DNA of 64,000 nucleotides from an uncultured Chloroflexia bacterium (GTDB taxonomy: Bacteria; Chloroflexota; Limnocylindria; Limnocylindrales; CSP1-4). A model generated the notes under the pieces. That model searched no databases. It worked only from the letters and a program-made list of their open reading frames with translations, and had not been told where the DNA came from. The translations under genes were made by a program, and so were the position numbers. The DNA is taken from positions 723,361 through 787,360 of the forward strand of contig CAVRFH010000004.1 of the NCBI GenBank assembly GCA_963720355.1. The letters run 5' to 3'. Shown here in pieces: positions 1 through 10,469 of this stretch (within the stretch, counting starts at the first letter, position 1; the number at the start of each line of letters is the position of its first letter).

Positions 1-1482
1 TGGCGTGATCCGCGTCCCATCCAACAGCACCCCGATGAAGTTGTCAGGGTGCGGGTAGTCCTGGAACCAGGGGTCGATCCCTGCTGGGACCCGGTTGGCC
101 ACGGTCGTCGTGACCGAGTAATGAACGGAACCCGGCGCCAACTCGACGGCGGCCTCGATCCCCACGTCCTTCAGCTGGGCCTGGATCGTCTGGGCCATGT
201 CGGACAGGCCGGCTTGGTCGTTGCCCGTCCGGATCGTGATGTTGATGGGCAGGGGCAACCCCGACTCGGCCAGGAGTTCCTTGGCTTTCTCCGGGTCGCC
301 GGCGGCCGGATAGATGTCGGAGTCGGTCCAGCCCGCCATCGTAGGTGGAAGGATCTGATCCGTGACAGCCGCCTGAGAGGGGCCACCCAGGACGCGCTGG
401 ATGTCGCTACGACTGATCGCATAGTTGATCGCCTGGCGGACCTTGACGTTGTCCAGCGGCGGCTCCTGCGTGTTGAGCCACAGATACGTCACCGTGGCGA
501 TGGTATCGGCGAAGACGCGGCCGGCGAGCGTCGTGTCCGCCAGGGCCTGGCCTCCATCAGCCGCGGGAATGAGGTCCATGAATGTCGCAATCTGACCAGA
601 CCGGATTACCAGCGCTGACTGGGTCGGATCGATGGTCGTATCGATCGTGATCTTGTCAAGTGCGCCGCGCTCGCCGAGTACATCCGCGGCGTAGTCCGGA
701 TTGCGGACGAGGACGAGCGCCCGCTGTGGGGTAAACGACTCGACCATGTACGGGCCCGTCACGAGGATGCTGCCGTCCTCGATCGGCTCGATCGGCGTCC
801 CGCTTGGGACTGGGCAGCTGAATGGCATCGTCAGGCGCGCAAGGAACGAGGCCGGTGGATCGGTCAGCTTGAAGGTGATCGTGTCACCGGCGACCGTGAT
901 TCCGGAGACGTCGTTCGCATCGCCGGCCATGTACGCGGCAGCGCCGTCGATCGCGGTGAAGAAGCCGGCCCCGGGCGACGCCATCGCGGGGTTGAGCATC
1001 CGCTCGAAGGTGTACTTGATGTCGGCACCTGTTATCGGGGCACCACCCTTGAATTTGGCGCCGCTACGCAATGTGAACGCATAGGTCGTTCCGTCGTCCG
1101 AGATCACCGGCAGGTCGGCCAGGCCGGCCTCGATCGTTGCTCCGGCCTGTCCGGACGCATCGGGGTACCGAACCAAAGTCGTGCACGTGGCATACCCGAT
1201 CTGCCAGGTTGTCTGGAAGTACCAGAGGGCCGGCTCCAGGTGGTCGATGCCGCCCGCGGCCAGACCGACAGTCGCCTCGCCGCCCATGGTGGCCGGTCGG
1301 CGCGAGTCGTTTTCGGCCGGAGCGCTGCCGCTCGGGGCGCTGCCGCTCGGCACGCTACCGCTTGGCGCGACCGACGTCGCGGTGGGCCCGCAGCTAGCCA
1401 CGACCGCAACGAGGCTGACCAGTGCCAACCACGTCACCGACAAGCGCCGACGACTCGGGTGCCCTCTGAGAATCCCATCCAT
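1..1482 (-). CDS. ABC transporter substrate-binding lipoprotein, family 5 (DppA/OppA-like); partial, 3' end lies beyond the window
   Basis: Translating the minus strand from ATG 1482 gives MDGILRGHPSRRRLSVTWLALVSLVAVVASCGP, a lipobox, followed by SBP_bac_5-like sequence with no stop before position 1. It is missing from the ORF track because it runs off the edge. Confidence 0.8.
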   Translation of the reverse strand, partial: MDGILRGHPSRRRLSVTWLALVSLVAVVASCGPTATSVAPSGSVPSGSAPSGSAPAENDSRRPATMGGEATVGLAAGGIDHLEPALWYFQTTWQIGYATCTTLVRYPDASGQAGATIEAGLADLPVISDDGTTYAFTLRSGAKFKGGAPITGADIKYTFERMLNPAMASPGAGFFTAIDGAAAYMAGDANDVSGITVAGDTITFKLTDPPASFLARLTMPFSCPVPSGTPIEPIEDGSILVTGPYMVESFTPQRALVLVRNPDYAADVLGERGALDKITIDTTIDPTQSALVIRSGQIATFMDLIPAADGGQALADTTLAGRVFADTIATVTYLWLNTQEPPLDNVKVRQAINYAISRSDIQRVLGGPSQAAVTDQILPPTMAGWTDSDIYPAAGDPEKAKELLAESGLPLPINITIRTGNDQAGLSDMAQTIQAQLKDVGIEAAVELAPGSVHYSVTTTVANRVPAGIDPWFQDYPHPDNFIGVLLDGTRITP

Positions 1483-1524
1483 TTCCGTCCTCCATCGTTC
1501 ACGAGCCGGGCCAGCCCGACACCG

Positions 1525-2683
1525 CTATGCCGTATGCCGCACCCGTGGGTCGAATGCGGCCTGTGCCAGATCTGCAACCGTGTTGGCGAAAACCGCCATC
1601 AGCCCGGCGAGAGTGATAGCCCCCACGGTCATCGGGTAGTCGAGGTTCCGGATCGAACTCACAGCCAGAAACCCGATGCCCGGCAGGCCGAAGGCCTGTT
1701 CCACGAACAAGGCCCCTCCGAGCGTCGCGCCCACGTCGAGGCCGAGCAGGATGATGATCGCGGGCGCCACGACCGGTCCGATGTGATAGCGGACGACCCC
1801 GCTGGTCGACAAGCCCTTGGCCCTCGCGACGAGCACGTACTCCTTGTTGAGCTGCTCACGCACGAGCGCACGGATGAATCGTGCGTAGAACGCCGCGAAC
1901 CCGATCGCCAGCGCCAGCGCCGGCAGCGCGAGATGGCGCAGCCATTCCGAGGGCGACTCTCCGAACTCTCGGTAGCCCTGGATGGGAAACACGGTGACTG
2001 AGCGGCCCAGGTCGATCCCGAAGAGCATCCCTTGGCTGGGCTGGAATGCTAGGAAGTACCCGAGCATCGGCGCTACCCAGAAGACGGGCGCGGAGATCCC
2101 GACTTGGCTGAGGGTAGTGAGCAGTCGGTCAAGGCGGCTCCCGAGCCGGAGGGCCCCAACCAGCCCGAGTGGGATGGCGAGGACCATCCAGATCACGGCC
2201 GAGAGTCCCACCAGGGCAGCGGTGACACCAGCTGCCGGGATAAGGAGGTTCGAGAACTGGCTGGCGATACGCGAAGGAGTAGCCGAAGTCCCCGTGCGCG
2301 ACGCCTCCCAGGAAACGGAGGTATTGCTCGTAGATCGGCCGGTCCGTGCCAAGGATTGCCGCGACACGCGCGACCTGCTCCGGGGTCGCGGTCCGACCGG
2401 CCACGCGCTGCTCGGGCCTCGCGCCCGTAGCGGCCGACACGACGAAGAACAGGGCGTACGCGATGAATGTGACGAGCAGGATCTGGAAGACGCCGGCTGC
2501 CAGCCGACGGCTCAGGAAGCCGATCATGTCCCCCCGCCCGGCATGAGCCTCTCCCGGAATGAGTCGGTCAGGATGTTGAGCGTGAGGGTCGTGGCAACAA
2601 GGGCGAGGCCTGGGATGATGGCCACCCACGGCTGGATGCGGTACAGACCAGTCGTCACGCCATCGGCCAACATCTGACCCCAA
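1525..2683 (-). CDS. ABC transporter permease (DppB/OppB-like) with one frameshift near 2280
   Basis: The N-terminal half (ORF 2129..2683, MIGFLSRRLAAG...YRQPVLE) and the C-terminal half (ORF 1525..2367, ...FANTVADLAQAAFDPRV) are both typical DppB but sit in different frames. Confidence 0.75.
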
Positions 2684-3465
2684 CTCGGAGCCGGCGGCGG
2701 GACGCCGAGCCCGAGATAGGACAGTCCGGCCTCGGTCAAGACGTTGACCGCCACCACGCTTGTCGCATACACGATGAGGGGTGCGGCGAGCTGGGGCAGC
2801 AGGTGCCTACCCAAGACACGACGATCGGACGCGCCAGCCACGATCGCGGCGTCAATGAAAGCCTCGTTCCGAAGGCTGAGAACCGCCGAGCGCACGATGC
2901 GTGCGGGGTAGTACCACGTGAACAAGGCGATGACGACGACCACGTTGAGCAGTCCGGGGCCAAGTACGGCGGCGAGCCCGATCGCAAATAGGAGTGAGGG
3001 GAATGCCATCGCAGCCTCAGTGCCGCGCGACACGACGGAGTCAATCCGACCACGGAAGTAGCCGGCCACAAGGCCCAGCGGTACGCCGATGAGCAGCGCC
3101 ACCGAGGTGGCGGCGAAGCCGACGATCAGCGTCACGCGCGCCCCGTAGAGCAGCCGTACGAACGTGTCGCGCCCGAGCCGGTCGGTGCCAAGCACAAAGA
3201 ACGCCCCCGCGGGATCCGGCGTGCCATCAGCCAGTAGTCCGCGCGAGAGTGGTGCGAGCGGGATGCCCGCCGGGGTGAGGCCGCTGCTGAACGGCTGTTC
3301 GGGGCCGTGGCCGGTCAATGCCTCGGCGAGCGGCGCACCCACCGCCGCCAGCAAGAACACCACAACCAGCATGGAGCCGGCGACGACCGTTGACCGGTCC
3401 CTTCGTGTAGTCAGACGGCCAAACCGGAGCAAGCGCGACGTAGCGGGGGCGACCTCAGCTCGCAC
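2524..3465 (-). CDS. ABC transporter permease (DppC/OppC-like)
   Basis: 313-aa ORF with an OppC N-terminal region and the GTDRLGRD motif, 6 TM segments; overlaps dppB by about 160 nt. Confidence 0.85.
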   Translation of the reverse strand: MRAEVAPATSRLLRFGRLTTRRDRSTVVAGSMLVVVFLLAAVGAPLAEALTGHGPEQPFSSGLTPAGIPLAPLSRGLLADGTPDPAGAFFVLGTDRLGRDTFVRLLYGARVTLIVGFAATSVALLIGVPLGLVAGYFRGRIDSVVSRGTEAAMAFPSLLFAIGLAAVLGPGLLNVVVVIALFTWYYPARIVRSAVLSLRNEAFIDAAIVAGASDRRVLGRHLLPQLAAPLIVYATSVVAVNVLTEAGLSYLGLGVPPPAPSWGQMLADGVTTGLYRIQPWVAIIPGLALVATTLTLNILTDSFRERLMPGGGT

Positions 3466-3519
3466 AGCACCTTCCGAGTTCGGTGACGAGAACCCGATCT
3501 CGGTGCATTTCGCGGGCTA

Positions 3520-3533
3520 TGCAACCGATTGCA
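3520..3533. promoter_or_regulatory. Palindrome TGCAACCGATTGCA about 100 nt upstream of zur; candidate Zur/Fur-type operator
   Basis: Perfect 5-4-5 inverted repeat in the divergent dppC/zur intergenic region; a second TTGCAA element lies at 3561..3566. Confidence 0.25.
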
Positions 3534-3636
3534 CGGACCGTACCACCAGCGTCGGTGTATTGCAACGCATCCGCGATGTGCGAGCGTCGCGCCTCTCGCG
3601 CTGGACACCCCAACTGAGACTCAGTATCATCCGGCC

Positions 3637-4074
3637 GTGACCGCACCGACGACCGTCCAGACCGCGCTCGATGGCGCCGGCTACCGGCTGACCGAAGCAC
3701 GTCGTTCGATCGCGGACCTGATCGCGGCGCGGAAGGGCCATTTCACCGCCGCCGACCTCGTGGCGGACGCGCGCAAGCGGCGGCTCGGCATCGGGCGAGC
3801 GACGATCTTCCGGACCCTCGACGTCCTGGCCGACCTACATGCCGTGGAGCGACTCGACCTGCCGACCGGTGAGCACGCGTACGTGGCCTGCGAACCCGTC
3901 CACCACCACCACCACGTCGTCTGCTCGAACTGCGGCGCCAGTCGTGACGTCGATGACGCCGGCTGGCGGGCCGTCGTCGGCGAGATCGAGGAGCAGACGG
4001 GCTACCGCATCGACGACCACCGGCTCGAGCTGTTCGGGCGCTGTCCGGCATGCGAGAGAAGGGGCGTCGCCTGA
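3637..4074 (+). CDS. zur: Fur-family metalloregulator, probably Zur
   Basis: GRATIFRTL DNA-recognition helix and an HHHHHxxCxxC metal site; GTG start at 3637 assumed; its stop overlaps the start of the downstream ZIP transporter. Confidence 0.8.
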   Translation: MTAPTTVQTALDGAGYRLTEARRSIADLIAARKGHFTAADLVADARKRRLGIGRATIFRTLDVLADLHAVERLDLPTGEHAYVACEPVHHHHHVVCSNCGASRDVDDAGWRAVVGEIEEQTGYRIDDHRLELFGRCPACERRGVA

Positions 4075-4829
4075 TGCCGCTCGCCGCGCTCGCCGTGTCG
4101 TTCGGCGCGTTCGCCTCGGCGCTGGTCGGTGGCTGGCTCGCGATGCGCGCCGTTCGCTATGTCGGGGTCATCATCGCGATCGGTGCCGGCATCCGGATCG
4201 GCGCAGCGTTCTTCGATCTCATCCCCGAGTCGGTCGAGCATCTCGGGTCGATGGATCTGGCGATGGTGTGGGTCGCGCTCGGCTTCCTCGCGTTCTATGC
4301 GGTCGACAAGGTCACGTCACTGCACGTGGGTCATGAGACCGCCGCCGAGCTGGATCACGACACGGTGGCCCATCAGCACATCGGCGTCGTCGGGGCGGCC
4401 GGCATGGGCATCCACAGCTTCCTCGACGGTGTCGCCCTGGCGGCCGCGTTGGCCGTGGGCGGGGGGATCGGGGCGATCATCGCCACCGTCGTCATCGTCC
4501 ACCGCTTCAGCGACGGCATCGGCGTGGTCAGCTTCCTGCTCGCCAGTCGAGCGCCGGCCAGCACGGCGTGGCGCTGGGTGTTCCTCGTCGCGGCGGCCCC
4601 GGTCGTCGGCGTGCTGCTCGGCTCGGTGATCATGGTCCCGGACTCGGTGCTGGGCGCGGTGCTCGGGTTCTTCGCCGGCTTCTTCCTGTACGTCGGCGCG
4701 GCCGAGCTGCTGCCCGAGGCACACCGGCGGGGTGGGTCGACGACCGTGGTCGCCGCGACACTCGGCGGCGCGCTCGCGATCTACCTGTTCTCAGTCGCTG
4801 TGGGCGCGATCGGGGGCGACGTCCACTAG
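4074..4829 (+). CDS. zupT: ZIP-family zinc transporter (ZupT-like)
   Basis: 8-TM protein with the HSFLDGVA and HRFSDG motifs; start overlaps the zur stop (TGATG). Confidence 0.85.
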   Translation: MPLAALAVSFGAFASALVGGWLAMRAVRYVGVIIAIGAGIRIGAAFFDLIPESVEHLGSMDLAMVWVALGFLAFYAVDKVTSLHVGHETAAELDHDTVAHQHIGVVGAAGMGIHSFLDGVALAAALAVGGGIGAIIATVVIVHRFSDGIGVVSFLLASRAPASTAWRWVFLVAAAPVVGVLLGSVIMVPDSVLGAVLGFFAGFFLYVGAAELLPEAHRRGGSTTVVAATLGGALAIYLFSVAVGAIGGDVH

Positions 4830-4831
4830 GG

Positions 4832-5662
4832 TCACGACCCCGTGATGAACTCGCCGCCGTCGACGCTGATGATGTCGCCGTTGATGAAGCCGGTGCCCTC
4901 GCCGGACAGGGCGAGGATCGCGTCGGCGACGTCCTGTGGCGTCGTCATGCGCCCGGTCGGGTTCCGCTTCATCGTGATGTCGATCATCGTCTGCGACTCG
5001 GGGATCTTGAGCAGGGCCGGTGTCACGGTGACGCCGGCGCGGATGCAGTTGGCCGTCGCGCCCGTCCCTTGACGAGCGAGCTCCATCGCGAGCTGCCGGA
5101 CGTGCGACTCGAGCGCCGCCTTGGCCGAGGACACGACGCCGTACGACGGGACGACGCGGGTCGAGCCCTCCGAGGTCATCGCGAAGATCTTCGAGCCCAT
5201 GCCGATGAAGCCGCCGCGCCACAGGTCCTGGACCCAGTACACGAGGCTGTTGGCCATGACGTCCTGGGTCATCTCCATCTTCTTGCGATCGACCGCGCCC
5301 TTCGGGTCCTCGGAGAGGAACGGCACCAATGAGCCGAACGCGAGCGAATGCATGACGACCCGGACGTACGGGTCGCGACCCTCGGCCCGCGACCGATCGA
5401 ACCGCTCGCCGAGGGCTTGCAGCGCCGATGCCCGCTTCTCGTCGTCGGCCGCGTTCATGTTGATGTAGAGCGCCTCGGAGCCGGCCGCCTCGATGCCCGC
5501 CTTGATCTCCTCGACGTGGCCGAGGGCGGCCCGGAAGTCGAGGTGGATGCCGCAGATGTGGTAGCCGGCCTTGGCGAGGGTCAGCGCCGTCGCCTCCCCC
5601 ATACCGGACGAGGCGCCCAGGATCAGCGCCCAGCGCTCGCGGTCGTCGGTCATGTGGAGCAC
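4832..5662 (-). CDS. SDR-family oxidoreductase (enoyl-reductase-like)
   Basis: ILGASSGMGEATA Rossmann motif and SxnY...K catalytic region; intact 276-aa ORF. Confidence 0.75.
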   Translation of the reverse strand: MLHMTDDRERWALILGASSGMGEATALTLAKAGYHICGIHLDFRAALGHVEEIKAGIEAAGSEALYINMNAADDEKRASALQALGERFDRSRAEGRDPYVRVVMHSLAFGSLVPFLSEDPKGAVDRKKMEMTQDVMANSLVYWVQDLWRGGFIGMGSKIFAMTSEGSTRVVPSYGVVSSAKAALESHVRQLAMELARQGTGATANCIRAGVTVTPALLKIPESQTMIDITMKRNPTGRMTTPQDVADAILALSGEGTGFINGDIISVDGGEFITGS

Positions 5663-5749
5663 GCCTCCGGATGGTGGGTCAAGGGCGGCCCGAGTCTAGC
5701 AGCGGTCGGGACGGCCCCGACCCGGTCGCATGCAGGTCTGCACAGCGCC

Positions 5750-6975
5750 TCAGATCACCCCGCGAGCGCGCAGGCCGGCCACCTCTGCTGCATCGAAGCC
5801 CGCCTCGGCGAGGACCTCGTCGGTGTGCTCGCCAAGGGTCGGTGGGGCGTTCCGGATCGCGCCCGGCGTGGCGGCGAAGCGGATCGGGATGCCGGCCTGG
5901 CGGAGGACACCGAACGCCGGGTGCTCGACCTCGACGGACATGTCCAGCGCGCGCGCCTCCGCCGAATCGAACGCGGTCGCGATGTCGGCGATCGGGCCGT
6001 TCGGGACCTCCGCCGCGTCGAGCGCCGCGGACCAGTCCGCCGTGGGTCGGCCAGCCAGCCGCTCCGCCAGGATCGGCCGCAGCTCGGCGCGATGCTCGAC
6101 CCGGTCGCCGTTGGTGGCGAAGCGCGGGTCGACGGCCAGCGCCGGCACGGCGAGGGCCGCGCACAGGCGCGCCCACTGGCGCTCGGACCCGACAGCCACG
6201 GCGAGCTCGCCGTCGGCGGTGGTGAAGGTCTCGTACGGGACGATGTTCGGATGCGCGTTCCCGAGCCGCCCGGGGGCCGGCCGGTCACGAACGCGTTCTG
6301 GGCCTGGTTGACCAGCACGGCCAGCGTCGAGCCGAGCAGGGAGACGTCGACGCGCTGACCGGCGTCCGCCCGGCCGATGAGCGCCGCCAGGATGCCGATC
6401 GCCCCGAACAGGCCCGTCACGACATCGCTGATCGCCACGCCGACCTTGGTCGGCCGGCCACCATCCTCGTCGGCTTCGCCGGTGATCGACATCAGGCCGC
6501 CGACAGCCTGGATCACGAAGTCGTAGCCCGGCCGATCGGCGCCGGGACCCGTGGTCCCGTAGCCGCTGATCGCGAGGTGGATGAGGCGCGGGTTGAGCGC
6601 CTCGAGCGCCGCGTCGTCGAAGCCGAGACGGGCCAGCCCGCCCGGGCGCAGGTTCTCGACCAGCACGTCGGCGCCGGCCAGGAGCCGGCGCAGCACGGCC
6701 CGACCCTCGTCCGCCCGGAGGTCGAGGCGGATCGCCCGCTTGTTGCGATTGACCGACAGGAAGTAGGCGGCCGTCCTGGTGCCCGCTTCGACGGCGCCGA
6801 CCCACGGCGGACCCCAGCCACGCGTGGCATCCCCATCGGGTGGTTCGACCTTGACGATGTCGGCGCCCAGATCGCCGAGGACCATGGTCGCGTACGGCCC
6901 GGCGAGGACCGTCGAGAGGTCGATGATCCGGATCCCGGCCAGCGGTCCCCGGGCGGTGGTGGCGTCGACCGGCAT
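5750..6975 (-). CDS. CoA-transferase family III (CaiB/BaiF-like) with a frameshift in a G5 run near 6293..6297
   Basis: The N-terminal part (GIRIIDLSTVLAGPYATMVLGDLGADIVKVE...QNAFVTG) is in the frame of ORF 5755..6975, and the C-terminal part (GNAHPNIVPYETFTTADGELAVAVGSERQW...) is in the frame of ORF 5750..6805. Adding one G to the run restores VTGRPPGRLGNAHPNIVPYE. Confidence 0.75.
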
Positions 6976-7006
6976 CGCGGCGATGGTAGCGCCGCGCCGG
7001 TCGTTC

Positions 7007-7762
7007 CTACGCCGCGGCGTGCGGGTCCGCGACGATGTCCCCGGTGAAGTCCTTCACGAGCGGGCCGTTGGTCTCGGACATGGGCAGGTCGAGGGTCGCG
7101 CCCTCTTCCTCGACCGCTGCGCCGATGCGCTCGATCGCATCGCGGTTGACGATGACCGCGCCGAGCCGCTGCGACTGCTGCATCCCGCCGATCGCGTACT
7201 CGATCACGGCGTCGGTCAGCGGCACCATCGGGGTGCGGTGGCGGATGCCGGCGACCGCGTCGAGACCCGGGAACGCATGCAGATAGCCGCGCACCAGGTA
7301 TGCCCCGATCTTGATCTCGACGAAGGTCTGCCGGGTGCGGGTGCGTCGTGCCCGGTCACCGCGCGGTCCCGTCGCGTTGACGATGAACAGCTCGTCGCGC
7401 GGGACCACCACCTCCGTGACCTCGACCGCGTCGGGCCGGTCGAGTGACTGGGCCATCACGTCGACCAGCCGTAGCTCCTCGTGGTCGTTGAGCATGTCGG
7501 TCAGGCGTTCCGCCTCGAGCCGCAGCCGACCCGACAGGATGCAGTCGGCCGCGAACGCGACGAAATCGACCATGGGTTGGAGGGGGGCCTCCCCCGGCTG
7601 GCCCCCCGTGGGATCTTCGTCGCCGTCGACGCCGGGTCGGTCGAAGAAGAGTGAGAGACGTCGTCCGAGACTTTCGATCATGGGGCTGATGGTGGCGCCG
7701 GCGGTCCTGATCCACGGGTGACCCGGAAGTACCTCGCCGCGCAGGGCGTTGCGACGCGACAC
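7007..7762 (-). CDS. Hypothetical protein (start may be the internal Met at 7681)
   Basis: Intact 251-aa ORF with coding-like codon usage; no family recognised. Confidence 0.45.
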   Translation of the reverse strand: MSRRNALRGEVLPGHPWIRTAGATISPMIESLGRRLSLFFDRPGVDGDEDPTGGQPGEAPLQPMVDFVAFAADCILSGRLRLEAERLTDMLNDHEELRLVDVMAQSLDRPDAVEVTEVVVPRDELFIVNATGPRGDRARRTRTRQTFVEIKIGAYLVRGYLHAFPGLDAVAGIRHRTPMVPLTDAVIEYAIGGMQQSQRLGAVIVNRDAIERIGAAVEEEGATLDLPMSETNGPLVKDFTGDIVADPHAAA

Positions 7763-7838
7763 CGGTGCACGCGTGCACGTCCTGCTCGAGGCATGACCCG
7801 AACGTACTACCGGAGCGCGGTCGCGCTAGCATCGGCCC

Positions 7839-8786
7839 ATGAGCAGTCAACACACTCCGACCCTGATGACGGTCCACGCCCACCCCGACGACGAGTCGAT
7901 CGGGACCGGCGGCACGATGGCCAAGGCCGTCGCGGTCGGCCGGCGCGTCGTGCTCGTGACCTGCACGCGTGGCGAGATGGGCGAGATCGTGGTCAAGGAC
8001 ATGGACACGCCCGAGAACCATCGGCGCCTCGGCGAGATCCGGGCCGGCGAGCTGGAACGGGCCATGGCCGCCCTGGGCGTCACCGAGTGGGAGAACCTCG
8101 GCTACCACGACTCGGACATGATGGGTCGCGCCGGCAATCGCGACCCACGGTGCTTCTGGCTGGCCGACCTCGACGAGGCGGCGCGCCGGCTGGTCTGGAT
8201 GATCCGCCGCTACCAGCCTGACGTCGTCACGACGTACAACGACTTCGGCGGGTACGGCCACCCCGACCATATCCGCACCCACGACGTCACCGTGCGGGCC
8301 TTCCCCCGTGCCGGCGACGCGGCCTGGTACCCGGAGCAGGTCGCCCCCGAGCACGGCGGGACGGGGCCGACGTCCGACGAGGGCGGCCTGGCCCCGTGGA
8401 CCCCGTCGAAGCTGTACGAGCAGGCCATCCCGGCCTCCGTCCGGACCGCCATGGCCGAGCGGATGAAGGAGCTCGACAAGCCGAACCCGTGGGCGCCGCC
8501 GCCCGATGCGACACCCGAGCAGCTCGCGGAGTTCGAGGCGTACCAGGCGCGGATGCTCGTGCCGGACGACGCCGTCACGACCTGGGTCGACATCTCGGGC
8601 GAGCCCCTCGAGCGCAAGTGGGACGCGATGCTCGAGCACGTGACCCAGATCGCCCCCGACATGCCGTTCATGACCTTCGGACTCGACGGCTGGCGCGAGC
8701 ACTGGTCGAAGGAGGCCTACATCCTGCGCGAGTCCACGGTCGACACGGCCAAGCCCGAGGACGACCTGTTCGCCGGTCTGGTCTGA
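7839..8786 (+). CDS. PIG-L family deacetylase/amidase (mycothiol S-conjugate amidase Mca or MshB-like)
   Basis: VHAHPDDES zinc-binding motif near the N-terminus and an overall length and layout typical of Mca/MshB. Confidence 0.75.
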   Translation: MSSQHTPTLMTVHAHPDDESIGTGGTMAKAVAVGRRVVLVTCTRGEMGEIVVKDMDTPENHRRLGEIRAGELERAMAALGVTEWENLGYHDSDMMGRAGNRDPRCFWLADLDEAARRLVWMIRRYQPDVVTTYNDFGGYGHPDHIRTHDVTVRAFPRAGDAAWYPEQVAPEHGGTGPTSDEGGLAPWTPSKLYEQAIPASVRTAMAERMKELDKPNPWAPPPDATPEQLAEFEAYQARMLVPDDAVTTWVDISGEPLERKWDAMLEHVTQIAPDMPFMTFGLDGWREHWSKEAYILRESTVDTAKPEDDLFAGLV

Positions 8787-8804
8787 TCTCGACGGCAGAC
8801 CCGC

Positions 8805-10469
8805 CTAGTACGGAAGCAGCCCGCGCGACGCGTCGAAGATCGGACCCATGACCGCCCGCCCGTCGCCGGCCGGATCGAGGAAATTGGGCTGGGCCTTGTC
8901 GAGGATGATGTGCGGCCGCATGCGGACCTGGCGAAGCTCGCTGCCGTGGAACGTCAGCTCGAGCGTGATCCCTTCCATCGTCGGTTCCGACCATGTCTGG
9001 TCGAAGACGAAGTTGCCGAGCGCGTACCAGATCGGCTTGCCCTTGTAGACCTCCATCGCGGCGGCGTAGTGGGCATGGTTGCCGATGATCATGTCGGCGC
9101 CGGCGTCGATGATGTCGCGGGCCAGCTGCTGCTGGCGCTCGAACGGGTCGTACTGGTACTCGACACCCCAATGCGGGAAGACGATGACGATGTCGGCGCC
9201 GGCCTCGCGGGCCGCCTTGATGCCGGTTTCAGCCCGACGCAGCGTCAGCTGGGAGCTGCCCGGGTCGTCGCGCTCCGCGTAATAGCCCTTGGCGATCGCG
9301 TCGAACGCCAGGACCGCGACCTGCACACCCTTGGCCTCAAGGATGGCCGGGGCACGGGCCGCGGCCAGGTCCTTGCCCGCGCCCGAGTACGTCAGACCGC
9401 GCTTCTTGAGGTTCGCGATCGTCTGCAGGATGCCGTTGTCGCCGGCGTCGCCGATGTGGTTGTTGGCGATCGAGACGTAGTCGATGCCGGCGTTGACGAG
9501 CCCGTCGATCATGCCCGGGTCGGCGGTAAAGACCGTGCCGCTCGTGTGCCAGCGGAATCTGGTCGGCGCCGGGTTCTCGAAGTTGGCCAGGGCGAGATCC
9601 GCCCCGGAGATGAGCGCGCGCATGGCCCCCTTGTCGCCAGTCCGGCGGGCCGTCGGGACGCGCCAGCCGAAGCTCGAGCAGCACGTCCGGCCGGTGATCT
9701 CGGCCGTGCCACCGTCGAACGGGAAATCGACGCCGCGACCACGCACCCGCACCGTCTGGTAGACGCCCCGGTCGAACAGGATGTCGCCGCCGGCGAAGAG
9801 GGTCCAGGTGGCGGCCGGGTCGAAGGCCGCTGCGTCGGCGGCCTGGGGTAGCGACGCCCGCAGCGTCCACCCCTCCGCCGACGTGGCCCGGTCGACCCCG
9901 AACAGCGTCCGATCGCCCCAGGCGAGGGCGCGCACGGCCGGCGTGACGTCGGTCGCCCGCACGAAGGCGAGCCGGTCGCGGTTGCGAGCCATGTCGCGGG
10001 TCAGCGTCGCGGCGTCGCGCGCGAGGACGAGCCGGTCCGGGTCGGACGGCCGCTCGACGCGGAGCGCCGCCAGGATCGCGTCGGCTTCGTCGGCGACCAG
10101 CTCCAGGGCGTCGTACCGGCGGCTCGTGCCCGCGAGGACGTCGGCGACCTCCTTGCGGTTCGTCGCGTCGATCGCGGCCCGGAACTGGGTGACCGGCACG
10201 ATCGGCACGTCGGCCACGGCCGCGGTCGGCACGGCGCTTGGCGTGGGTGTCGGCGTCGGCGCGGCCGACGATGTCGGCGTCGCGCTCGCCTCGGTCGGGC
10301 TCGGCGTAGCGCCGACGCCGAGCGGTCCGGATGGGGAAGCCTGCGGCGTCGGACTGCCGCCGAAGCCGATCTCGCCACCGGTCATCGGGATCGCGAGGCC
10401 CAGCACCAGCAGGCCGGCGATGACCAGCGCGGGCAGGCGGTTCGCGGTCAGCCGCGGCATCGGGCGCAT
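8805..10469 (-). CDS. CapA-family secreted metallophosphatase (poly-gamma-glutamate CapA-like), with N-terminal TM and a Pro/Thr/Ser linker
   Basis: C-terminal calcineurin-like block (IANNHIGDAGDNG, GNHAHY, VIVFPHWGVEY); signal/TM segment plus a low-complexity linker; no capB or capC nearby. Confidence 0.75.
   Translation of the reverse strand: MRPMPRLTANRLPALVIAGLLVLGLAIPMTGGEIGFGGSPTPQASPSGPLGVGATPSPTEASATPTSSAAPTPTPTPSAVPTAAVADVPIVPVTQFRAAIDATNRKEVADVLAGTSRRYDALELVADEADAILAALRVERPSDPDRLVLARDAATLTRDMARNRDRLAFVRATDVTPAVRALAWGDRTLFGVDRATSAEGWTLRASLPQAADAAAFDPAATWTLFAGGDILFDRGVYQTVRVRGRGVDFPFDGGTAEITGRTCCSSFGWRVPTARRTGDKGAMRALISGADLALANFENPAPTRFRWHTSGTVFTADPGMIDGLVNAGIDYVSIANNHIGDAGDNGILQTIANLKKRGLTYSGAGKDLAAARAPAILEAKGVQVAVLAFDAIAKGYYAERDDPGSSQLTLRRAETGIKAAREAGADIVIVFPHWGVEYQYDPFERQQQLARDIIDAGADMIIGNHAHYAAAMEVYKGKPIWYALGNFVFDQTWSEPTMEGITLELTFHGSELRQVRMRPHIILDKAQPNFLDPAGDGRAVMGPIFDASRGLLPY

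Noticed and set aside
49-618. Plus-strand ORFs at the 5' end of the window (49..618, 701..1084, 1240..2001)
   Set aside because: They are antisense to the substrate-binding-protein gene, which runs off the window edge and therefore was not listed. The minus-strand translation is unambiguous SBP_bac_5.
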